A stretch of 63,452 nt of DNA, counting the filler, from Rhabdomonas costata (taxonomy: Eukaryota), in the NCBI GenBank assembly GCA_019059605.1. It is 50 parts of 50 records of this genome, joined end to end, with 100 filler letters (N's around TTAATTAATTAA, not from the genome) between each part and the next. Parts side by side here need not be neighbours in the genome. Positions count along the whole stretch, not along the records: positions 38,136 to 39,306 come from JAHMHO010025168.1; positions 39,407 to 40,577 come from JAHMHO010025169.1; positions 40,678 to 41,848 come from JAHMHO010025170.1; positions 41,949 to 43,119 come from JAHMHO010025171.1; positions 43,220 to 44,390 come from JAHMHO010025172.1; positions 44,491 to 45,661 come from JAHMHO010025173.1; positions 45,762 to 46,932 come from JAHMHO010025174.1; positions 47,033 to 48,203 come from JAHMHO010025175.1; 42 more parts are not named here. One strand, given 5' to 3'. The position numbers and the translations under genes were made by a program. The number at the start of each line of letters is the position of its first letter. The first letter of the stretch is position 1. The notes beneath the pieces were generated by a model that made no database searches, was not told the DNA's origin, and saw only the letters and a program-made list of their open reading frames with translations. Positions 38,742-49,233 of the stretch are shown here, one piece after another.

Positions 38742-38873
38742 CTTCTCCATGAGGTCTCCCTCCAGGCCACCCAAGGTGCCCGGCATGGGCTTCGCCTGCT
38801 TGGGGCGCATGAACTTGGCCTGCCGGAAGCACTCCGGGCAGCACACGGTGATGCTGCTGCCGCTCTTGTGCAG
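38742..38873 (-). CDS. Internal exon, unknown protein with CxxC
   Basis: LHKSGSSITVCCPECFRQAKFMRPKQAKPMPGTLGGLEGDLMEK; pyrimidine tract + TAG, AAG|GT; 44 codons, very GC3-rich. Confidence 0.75.
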
Positions 38874-39419
38874 CTAAAGATGATTGGAGAAAAGAGCCAA
38901 TGACACATCATGCCCATCACACACACAAACATTTCTATTCATATTCAGCACCGCTCCCCCCAACGTCACCACAACAAATTTAAACCGCTTGTCTGGTTGT
39001 GAAAGTTGATGAAAGAACCGCCCACACGTTTCTGGAGGCCTGGCGTACATACAAAAGACCCCAGGCCCTCTTCTGCACAGCTTCATATCTTTTAAAAAAA
39101 AGTTGATACAATTTTCTTAATATGAAGTTCTGCACGTTCGCTTTCGCCACCCAGATAACAAACGATGCCCCCTCCCGCTGTCCTCACAGGCACTCCCAGG
39201 ACTCAATGATAGGCTCTGTAGCTCTATTTTCAGTCACTCCGCAGATGGACTCCACAACCATCACACTCAGTGTAAGTGTCTGTGAAGTCCTACAGCACCC
39301 AACAAANNNNNNNNNNNNNNNNNNNNNNNNNNNNNNNNNNNNNNNNNNNNTTAATTAATTAANNNNNNNNNNNNNNNNNNNNNNNNNNNNNNNNNNNNNN
39401 NNNNNNTGTGGTTTGTTAT

Positions 39420-40196
39420 GTCCTGCAGGGCGATCTGGCGAGCCTTCTCGTCCAGCTCGCCCTGCAGGACATAACTGACCTCATCGAAGACCTGGTGGTT
39501 GAAGCTCCGCCGGGGCTGGGTCAACCTCCCCTCCACAATCACGTCGACCTCGAACATGAACAGCGACAGGTCCTCGCCCACGGTGTACAGGTACTTCTCG
39601 TCTGGGCTCATGGAGAGGAACAGGATCTCGCCTTGGTGGATCTCGTACTTCTGGTACGGGGTGGCATTGCTAGCCAGAGGCCTGCAGGAGGCAAGGGACG
39701 GAGCATCAGCGTGGGTTCTATCGGAGTGAGCACAGCTACGCTGCCATTCGGTAAAAAAAAAACAGCCACAGCGAGGATTTAGTAATCGCAGGTATTTTAG
39801 AAAGCTGGGCGTAGGTGCGGTACATAGGGGTGTGCAAGTTTGAACCCCAAAATAATCATACTGGTAGGTGGAAGAGCATAGCTGTAATGTTTGGGCCCAA
39901 AAATTCAGAAGAAGAGGGCTGGCCGGAAGAGTCAAAAAGACCACGCTGACAGTTGAGGCAATGATGGAGGCTCCCCCACAACGGACTGCCTTCAAACGTC
40001 ACACCCATACCTGAACTTCGATAGTGCAGCTTGCAATGAGAAGAGGACAATGCAGAAGCAGGAGAAAATAGCGCCCCGCACCACTTGTACAGGTGGAGCT
40101 GTCCGTTGGGCATCCCCACGAAGAGGGTCTGCGCCGCGCTGCACACGGCAAGCTCCTTGGTGTGGATCTTGTTGAGGTGCCGCGTGCTGACCTGTC
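39420..40196 (-). CDS. CFAP57: CFAP57/WDR65-like flagellar protein, two exons (about 40196-40082, 39681 to contig end)
   Basis: TLFVGMPNGQLHLYKW|PL...YEIHQGEILFLSMSPDEKYLYTVGEDLSLFMFEV...FDEVSYVLQGELDEK: last WD40 to coiled-coil junction typical of CFAP57. Confidence 0.75.
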
Positions 40197-40687
40197 CTGG
40201 CCGCAGGCAGGCCTTCTCCTCGCCACGGAAGATTTGCCGGATCGAGAACTCTCCCTAAACCACAGGAAACGCTCATCGCCGCACATACAGCATCCAGATT
40301 TTGCATGGCAGTATCTCAGTAATAAACCCATTTTGACCTTTTGCATTCAAGGAACTCCTATGATACAGGATTTACTGAATCTCTCGCCAAAAAAAAACAC
40401 GGTTCAGTGCGGGTTCCAAAGAGAGCACAGTTGCAAGCACAGGGCTGTTCCCAGTGCAGCGTTCATGTAGCTCGTCAAGGGCGGAGCGAGAGGGGTTCAC
40501 TGGAATCATGGGAGGCAACGCAAACGTGTGCATGGCTCTATGCGGGTGGCTGTGGGTGAGAGAGTCAGTTGACCTCTNNNNNNNNNNNNNNNNNNNNNNN
40601 NNNNNNNNNNNNNNNNNNNNNTTAATTAATTAANNNNNNNNNNNNNNNNNNNNNNNNNNNNNNNNNNNNNNNNNNNNGTGTGGGGGG

Positions 40688-40808
40688 CTGCGCTGGCAGT
40701 GTGGAGCCCGTCGCGGCGCTGTCCCCGCCTGCCACAGGGACGGAAGCCGAGGGCTCCTTCTGCCGATTTATCCCCAACCAGCCCAACGAGGAGATAGTTG
40801 CGGAAAGC
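40688..40808 (+). CDS. Partial exon, unknown protein
   Basis: GC3-rich frame CAGSVEPVAALSPPATGTEAEGSFCRFIPNQPNEEIVAES ending at a GT donor. Confidence 0.45.
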
Positions 40809-42159
40809 GTGTGATGACCTCTGATGACCCGTCTCCCCACTCTCATCTTCTTCATCCCTCCCCAATCGTCGCTTTTCCCTCACCTCTTCCCTCTTCTCAC
40901 CGCTTTGTGTGCCAGGGTGAGCCATAACGGGGACATTCTTTTGTCCCCCCTTATGGGTCTGCTTTCCTCGACACGCAATAGGTCTTCATCTGCGTGGCGA
41001 AAATTCGTATCTGGAAGGTCTGATTGTACAGTTCTGCGTGATTTTGTTTGTCGTCGTGTGTGTATGTGTGCTTGTTTGTGAGGAGGTGGGCGGGTCATTG
41101 TTTAGGTCATTGGGTGGTCATGGGGCTATTACCCTGGGTTGGCCTCTGCGGTTGCTTGTCGTGGCGAGCACGCGTAACGCACAGCTCTCAGTTTCTTCCC
41201 CTGCTGCTTATCTCTGTGCGTTTATGTTGCGCAGTGCTGGTGCAGTGCTGGTGTTCACCGGAGATCCGTGAGTTTTGTCCTTCGTGACCGCAACTGCTCT
41301 TTCGCTGCTGCTCGTGACATTATTTTAGTGTGGTAGCTTTTGGTCCTTTAGAGCGCGCTTGCCTTTTTGATCCATTTGTGCCAAATAGCAAGTGTTTCAT
41401 TAAATATGGCAAATTCAATTTTTCAGACTTCAAATTCAAGCTAAGCGGAGGAAGGTTACATCCTTTTGTCTTCGCCGGCGCAGGTGCATGTCGCGCCACC
41501 CATTTACTGAGATGAAGTATCAATGAGAGGCGCTATGTTATGTGAAACAAACGCGGAACAAAAGTCAACACGTACTCTTTAGAGGCGTGCTCTTTAAAGG
41601 CGCGCTCTTGTTCTCGAAGCGATGAAGATTTTGCCCCCTTGCGCCTTGTACGCGGTTGAACTTTTCCGCCGGTTTTTTGTCACGTCTGGAAAAAAGGCGA
41701 AAGTTTTTGGTCCCTTGTTGTTCTGCCGCAAAGGTTTGGCGAGCCCAAAACAAACACTGAAAGCCAACCGCCAACCAACCGGGGCTGCAAAAGGACCGAA
41801 GATGCAAAAGAAAAAAAGCACGCAAAGCGAGCTCAAAAACAACAAAACNNNNNNNNNNNNNNNNNNNNNNNNNNNNNNNNNNNNNNNNNNNNTTAATTAA
41901 TTAANNNNNNNNNNNNNNNNNNNNNNNNNNNNNNNNNNNNNNNNNNNNTCTTTGTGGTGTAGTTGCAGCAAAGGGCTGGGTGTGAATACTAGTCGTGGGT
42001 GAGCGGGTGGGATATAACAGAAGCATCATTGAAATCTCCTGACGCCGCTGTAGTAATTCGAGGCGCTTGCTAACCCCCTCCCCCATACACAGCATACACC
42101 ATTCTAAATTCTAGAAGCTGCACGTCAAACACACACACACACGCCACACGCCCTCGTAC

Positions 42160-43119
42160 CTCAACAATGATCAGCTCGGTGATGTACAGCTTCGCAGCGA
42201 ACTGGAGAGTGATGAACTCTGTGTAGCAGAACTGGGCCTCGATACACGTGAAGTTGTTCCCCATCGTACCCCAAGCCCTTGCGTTGTCGCCATACGTGAA
42301 AACGTCCTGCGGCCCAAGAATCTCCTTTGCAGGCTCACGGGGATACTCGCTGCTGAAGTCAAGAACCTCAGAGGCCCAGAGCGCCGTGCTGTTCATCGCG
42401 GGCACCAGGGATGTCACCGCACGCCCGTTGAGGTACAACGTCCCCTTTGTAGGAAGGCTACCCAGAAGGACGGTGGCTATGCTCTGCACAAAACACAACT
42501 GTGCGGTCCAGTTGTAGTTGGGGTGTGGGTGCAACTATGAACTCCCATTCTTCATGAAACTTCTGGGAATGATGATGCCATATAATTAAATCAACTAAGA
42601 AACCAGAAGCTAACTCAGGATTTTGGCATGCTGCAATGTCTTGACGTATTTCGTCCTGAACTTTGCAACATGATGTTCGTTGGTTGTTAGGAAGAAAAAC
42701 GCAAAACAGAACAAGCAGAATCTGTAATAGAGAATGTCCACAGGAAAAAAGTGGGACTGCGAGGCACAGGTCGCAGAAGCATCGGCATTCTGCTGCCTGG
42801 GAAGGGGGTGCTGACGCACTTTACAGGTGATGGCTTAGGGGGTGGAAGCAGTGTAAGGGAAGGAAAGAAGCCGAACAGACAAAAAAGCATCCTACAGATG
42901 TAGACGGCTCCAATCTCGAATAGCAGGAGCGATGCAAAAAATCTGAGGTGGAAGTGACAAGAGCTCCCTCACGCGTGTTTATATGGCAGTTTGCTACCAA
43001 TATGCACACGATAGCTTGACATTTCATATCCTACCAACTACGGCATCGCCACACACCCCCATAGGATCGCTGGCATTGATCGAGATGTTGACCCCAGGCG
43101 AGTCCTCCATTAGGGTCAC
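42160..43119 (-). CDS. Surface protein: cadherin-like/Ig repeat followed by a pappalysin/FBXL4-type galactose-binding-like domain; exons 43119-43057, 42483-42160
   Basis: VTLMEDSPGVNISINASDPMG|SIATVLLGSLPTKGTLYLNG, then WASEVLDFSSEY..ILGPQDVFTYGDNARAW..EFITLQF. Confidence 0.8.
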
Positions 43120-43229
43120 NNNNNNNNNNNNNNNNNNNNNNNNNNNNNNNNNNNNNNNNNNNNTTAATTAATTAANNNNNNNNNNNNNNNNNNNNNNNNN
43201 NNNNNNNNNNNNNNNNNNNGGTGGGGATG

Positions 43230-43327
43230 GGGTGGGAGAACGCCAGGCGGGCGGTGACCGTCAGCGGCCCCACCTCGCACGGCGCAATCGTCGGGGCGTC
43301 CTCGGCCACGCACTCCAGCACGCAGCC
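43230..43327 (-). CDS. Partial exon, unknown protein
   Basis: GCVLECVAEDAPTIAPCEVGPLTVTARLAFSHP, GC3-rich after an AG. Confidence 0.5.
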
Positions 43328-46300
43328 CTTCCAACCGACACACACAAGTGAGATAATTGGGTGTTGGGTCCAACACCCCAAAAATATACACTAAGTCCGA
43401 GGGGGTAAAAGGCGAGCAAAGTGCCCCTGCGATCCGACCTTTGGTGTGCATAGTCGCTCTGACGAAATCTCAAAAAGTGCAGTTGGCTGAAGTGAGGTGG
43501 AGGAAGGTGGCCCTCCCCCTACCCTCCTTCGTCAGCTTCCCACCTGCAAAGGATTTGGGTACAGGGGATGCCAAGAGGGGTGGGGTTTGTAAAAAAAACC
43601 TCCGCAGGGGTGTCGATGGCGAGATCGTCGAAGACCAGGCCGCTGGCCATTCCTTCAGCCTCCGTCCCTGAAGGAATTCAGGACCAAGGAGACTGGGAGG
43701 CTTGAAACATCTCAGCCGTAGTTGAAGAGAGGTCGTCATGTGGCGAAGCATCTTTTGCTTCTGGAGGGGGTTTGAGTAGTCTCGCGGTCATTTTTCACAC
43801 ACGGTTTGGCAAAGATCAAAAGGGGCCACCTCTTCCTCTTGACGACAAGAAACGCTTTCAGTGCAGCACTGAACTAAAGCTCAGTTCAAGGTCTGCAAGA
43901 AGCAGACCACCACCACCCCACCACCATTAGAAAAGCGTCATCAAGAAAAAAGTTCATAACGCGCCCTTCGCCGAGTAAATGCCACTCTAATGCCACCGTT
44001 TGTACCTGCATGGGGCTTAGTAGCAGAAAAGATTCACATTTTCAACCATGTCATCTGTTCTTCTTGGGCTTTTGAAGCTCCACTGCATTTTTATTGCACA
44101 CTACTGGCGGGTTCCCGAAGTGAACTGAGACCCTAGCTGTTTGCCAGAATGATGCAAAAAGGAAAAGAGGCAAAATAATGACGGCGAAGAGGCACCTCCC
44201 TTGCAGCAGCATCCCAGAAGGTGGGGCCCTGTGGGGTGTTCTCGAAGGCGCAGCCGAAGGCAGGCCGGCGTCAGGACCTGCAAACCAGATGGCGTTTTGC
44301 GATGCACGATTCGGTGACCCCCTCCTTGTATCGCAAGTGGCTCCGAAAGACAAGGAAGGGGTCACCGAATCGTGCATCGCAAAACCCACANNNNNNNNNN
44401 NNNNNNNNNNNNNNNNNNNNNNNNNNNNNNNNNNTTAATTAATTAANNNNNNNNNNNNNNNNNNNNNNNNNNNNNNNNNNNNNNNNNNNNGTGTTGGGTG
44501 TGTGTGGGGTGTTGTGGTTACAGCATCCGGTGAAAGCTCAGGTGCTCTCGAAGGAGAAAAAACTCTCTCGAAGGAACAGCGCCCTCAAGGGTGGAGAATT
44601 AGGGACAATGAGAATCTGGGATGAATTCGGTCGAATAAAGGCGGTAGCTAGCAGTCTAAAAAGGTTGGTACCATTATTGATTTGATTAAAACAGGCTGAA
44701 AGACACGATGACAAACCTTTACGTCAATGGAATCCCATTTGCACCAGGTGTGGTTTGGAGAAAAAACCTGCTCTAAATAGAAACTAAACAGTAAAAAATG
44801 ACAAAAAGGACGCATTGAACCACATAAAACTTTTCAGCAAAAGGGAAGCACCGCATAACCAGACCAAAACACTATAACTTAAAATGGAGTCCCAGAAACC
44901 GACACCTTGCGAAGGAATCTGAAAATACCATACCGGCTGCAGTGTGTGCGTTCCCGCGCGGGAACACGCCAGGGTACTCAAAAGAAGGGGCAGAGTGCAG
45001 AGCTTACTTCAGGATTGGGTAAAGTCTATCGCGGAGGGTCATGCTAAGCAAAGCAGCAAACACAGAAACGAAAACAAAAACAAGAACGGGGGTGGGGGAG
45101 GCATGTCCAGACCCCAGCCAACCAAGGATGTGCTCCAGATTCCAGGCTGTGAGTTTCCCCAAAGAGGGGATTTCCCTCGCAGCCTTTCATGCACGCATCC
45201 AGGGAGGGTGATCCGGACATATGCCGATCTCTTTTGGGGAGGTTGTCTAAAAAGATCAAAGGGTGGTTGGATTGCAAGGAACTCCGGAGCGGTGCTGGCA
45301 CACGGGGCGTTGACCCATGTTCCCAGTGTGTCTATCCAGGCAACAAGGCTCCCCGGAGCGGAGCTTTCCTCGCCGCCCTTCATGTGCACTGAAAGAACAA
45401 AATGGGAAGCTGGTGTGCGCCAAGCATGCAACCGGAAGCAGGAAGGCAGAGGAAGTATAGCGGCAAATTCGCACTGCCATGACTGAGAAAAAGGAGAATT
45501 TCAGTGGTGGAAGACGATACAGCCCGCCCTCTCAGCGTAACTTTCCAGACACTGAGGCTCTCCGAAGCGGAGCTTTCCCCCGCGCCCTTCACAAGCCGCA
45601 GAGAAGAAAGGAAACGGGCCCTTCCACACACGTACCACACCCACCAACCACACCCACCACANNNNNNNNNNNNNNNNNNNNNNNNNNNNNNNNNNNNNNN
45701 NNNNNTTAATTAATTAANNNNNNNNNNNNNNNNNNNNNNNNNNNNNNNNNNNNNNNNNNNNTTGTTCTTTCTCTCTTCTCGTGTTTGCACCGAAAGAAAA
45801 AGTGGCAGACGGGCACACACGCCCTTTCCGTGCTTTTGGGATGGGGATGCCTGGTCTGCACTCCGCTCTCCCTCTCTCTCTCTGTCTGTCTCTCTCTCTC
45901 TCGAACATTCTTGTGACCAATTTGCAGTTGTTTACATCCTCCTCCTTCCGTTTTTCCTTCCCGCTTCTCGCAAAAGGTGCTCAGTTTTTGTTCGCGGCAG
46001 CTGTATCAGGCACACCTCTATCGGTTGCCTGGGCCGCGCTTTGGCTCCACGAAGAATGAACAGTCAAATTGTGTCATGCCCGGGGGGACGGAATCTGTGC
46101 AGTGATTGCGCTTTTTGCTATTTCCTCCTTACCCAATGACTTGCTAAGTTTCCCTTTTTTGTGCCTCACTGCTGCCTCAAGGCTGCGTTGGTTTCTTTTT
46201 GGTCACCCTTCCGTCGGTGCGTCCAACTGCCTGCCTTGTCTGCGTCCGGTTTGAGGTTGGTTGAAATTGTGTTGTGGGTTCAGTTCGCCTTCGATCCATT

Positions 46301-46712
46301 TCGGCTCACGAATTCAGGTCAACATTAAGCAGTGAGAAGGTTGGGATTGTCTTGGGGCACCGTTCTCTCCACGCGGCGAGTCATGCTCTTATGAGTTAGC
46401 GCTAGAATATTCGGTGCTATTCTATTATTCGGGTTTTAATGTTTTTAAAATGGCGAACCCATCATTCGGGATTTCTCATCTTTTTTTTTCGCTATTGCTG
46501 TGCTAAAGGGCGGGAGTATCCTTGCCGAGCACGCCCATTAAATGACAGAGAGCGAGTTTAGAGGGTGGGGAAGTTGCCCACAGAACGCGAGTTCCCAACT
46601 AGTCTGCTTTTGAGAAGGAAGGGTGAACCCGTGGAAGTCGGTCTCTATATCCACTCCACTGACACTGGCGATATTCAGCCGCACCTTCCTTTTCTTGTAG
46701 CGCCAATTAATT

Positions 46713-46916
46713 ATGGCCGCTCCTCCATGCTGTCCCCCGGGTTCCATCGGCCGGGCCTCGGAGTATGTCGGTGCGAAGGGCTCCATGACAAAGTGGACCC
46801 TGAACGGCCGTGAAGTGGAGGTCTATATCAGCGGAGAACCCGCCGCGAAGGTTGCGGTGCTGGGCATTGTGGATGTTTTCTCCATCCACGAGGGCCGTGC
46901 AAAGGGCGCCATGGAT
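46713..46916 (+). CDS. Dienelactone hydrolase family, N-terminus (truncated by contig end)
   Basis: MAAPPCCPPGS...KG...YISG...AVLGIVDVF...GRAK..D; CCTTCCTTTTCTTGTAG acceptor 12 nt before the ATG. Confidence 0.75.
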
Positions 46917-47057
46917 GGAGAAAACACCCACANNNNNNNNNNNNNNNNNNNNNNNNNNNNNNNNNNNNNNNNNNNNTTAATTAATTAANNNNNNNNNNNN
47001 NNNNNNNNNNNNNNNNNNNNNNNNNNNNNNNNCCCCTCCCTTATCGCTACCCCACAG

Positions 47058-48203
47058 CTGGAATAATTGGAGGAATTCCAGACCATCCCACCTGCCAGTG
47101 GATGAACCGCATCCCCTTCTCCATCCTGATTGGGCTTCCGCTCAATTACCTCGAGTGTCGCATTCCTTTTCATGACCGCCGAGGGCTTTTCGTTGTACAA
47201 ATGGGCGCCAGCGTGTACACCATCAGCAGCGTGCTGCTTTCCCTTGTCCCAAAGCATGGTGACAGGCTGTTTGTCATTTTCGGGACTGACGCGGGAATCA
47301 TGGTTGGGGCCTCCCACGGGAAGTTCTTTTCCCACTCCGATATCGACTACAGCCAGAACAATCCCTTCACGAACCCCCCACCCATCAGCGACTTTCAGCT
47401 GTATAGTGCAGTGAACTCCACGGACCCCACCATCCAAGCGGCGGCGTACTGGCTGCTGACGCAGTATCAAGGCTGGTCAAACATCCCTGAGCTCAACGCG
47501 ACGGTGAGCCTGGTGACGGGCACCTTCTGGATGTGCTCGGTGCGCATTCCCTCAAAGGTGTTTGCACTATTGTATTTGAAGTGGCTGTTATTCTGATGTA
47601 TTGCCTTCGGTTTCAGAATTGACTTTGATATCCTGCCACTCAATCCTCAGAAGCTGTTGGTCCACGGAACATTTCAATGAACATAGTCGCTGCTTTTGTT
47701 CATTTCAATTCTTGGACTTGAAAAACCTGTAAAAGACCAACTGCTTGAAACCCGGGCTTAGTTCCTCTTTTTAGCCTAAATCTATGCAGGTGGTCCTTCG
47801 CGGCATCCTGTGATGTGCCGTGGTTAAAACTCTTATCTTGTGGCGCAGCCCACGGTGTGTTACTCTTGTCATCACACCTCACCTTTCTCAAATTTTATTC
47901 CTCAACCCAACGCCCTATACGCCTCACGCAGTACGGGCTGATGTGGCAAGTCTTCCTGCTGATCGATGTGGACACCCGCCTGGGCCCAGTGGTTGCCCAG
48001 AACGAGCAGGCCGCACAGGACGTCCGTCACACCAACGCCATCCTGGTGGGGATCCTTGTGGCCGTGGTGGTGGTGGCGACGGGAATTGCGGCGGGGGTTG
48101 CACTGCTGCTTTCGTGGCCCTTGGAGCGGCTGGCGAAGGGGATGGGTCTGCTGGCGGTGTTGAACCTGGAGGACCAGGAGCTTGCTCTTGCGTCTCGGCC
48201 TTC
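47058..48203 (+). CDS. Cache-like sensor + TM + HAMP receptor (cyclase/kinase-type); exons 47058-47557, 47932 to contig end
   Basis: RLFVIF..GIMVGASHG...FWMCSVRIPSK|YGLMWQVFLLID, a long TM helix, then SWPLERLAKGM (HAMP). Confidence 0.8.
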
Positions 48204-48365
48204 NNNNNNNNNNNNNNNNNNNNNNNNNNNNNNNNNNNNNNNNNNNNTTAATTAATTAANNNNNNNNNNNNNNNNNNNNNNNNNNNNNNNNNNNNNNNNN
48301 NNNCCCCCACCCGCACAGTCGTAGCGTGTTCCATGTTCTATCAGTGGTTTTTTGTTTCCTTACAG

Positions 48366-49233
48366 ATCGACATGGTACGCAAGCTGCTCAAGGCGGGTGC
48401 CCCAGCAGATGCCCCAACACGCAGTGGGCAGCGCCCCCTGCACCTCTGCTGCGAAGGTTCAAAGTTCCCGCTGCTCTGTGGATTGAGAAACGAACCGCCA
48501 GCCGTGCCGGCAATGCCACCTCAGTCATGAGAATGGAAAAGAGCGAAGAGGCTTCATGATGTACCGCAAAAGAAAATGCGAAGTTTTACCAGCTTTGAAG
48601 GAACCATGGTGCGACTCATTGCGGGGCTTGCAATGCACCCTCCTTTCTCTCTCTCAGGCGGACACACCAAAGTTGCCGAGCTTCTCCTGTCCAGCGGAGT
48701 GGACATTAACGCCCTTACTAGGTTGCCCACCTTGGTCTTTCCCTGTCGCTCTTGTCTTCTGCAGATATGATTACATCTCTGACATGATTACATGATTACT
48801 GGCGTCGACCCCTCCTCACATCACGCTGACACGAGGATGGGTATATGGGTAAGATGGCCTCTTCGGATTTGGCTGTATTTCATGGCGAATGAAGCTTTTC
48901 TTTTGGACCACACAGCATTTTTTTCCTTTTCGCCGTTGAGTATTGAGCGTAAATTATTTAAGTAATATTTGCCATTTTTCCATGGAGAGGATCGTTATTA
49001 AATTGAGTATTGTGAGATATGTGGGCGGTACCGAGGAAATACGATGGGAGACTTGTGTGTGTATGTCTGTTTATGCGCCGGCAGATGAGAAGGTCTCTGC
49101 GGTGTACCTGGCCGCGTTGAACGGGCACGTGGAGACTCTGCGACTGCTGCTCTCGCTAGGCGCCTCGCTGCGCACCGGGGCCGGGCCCACAGCGAACCCG
49201 CTGTATGCGGGGTGTCAGAACGGTCACCTGGAG
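48366..49233 (+). CDS. Ankyrin-repeat protein exons (48366-48456, 48658-48721, 49085-49233)
   Basis: MVRKLLKAGA..D..GQRPLHLCCE|GGHTKVAELLLSSGVDIN; SAVYLAALNGHVETLRLLLSLGA..NPLYAGCQNGHLE. Confidence 0.85.

Noticed and set aside
46868-46932. Terminal inverted repeat within the dienelactone hydrolase exon
   Set aside because: The fold-back begins at a TGGAT/ATCCA microhomology in coding sequence and destroys the protein continuation, so it is an artefact
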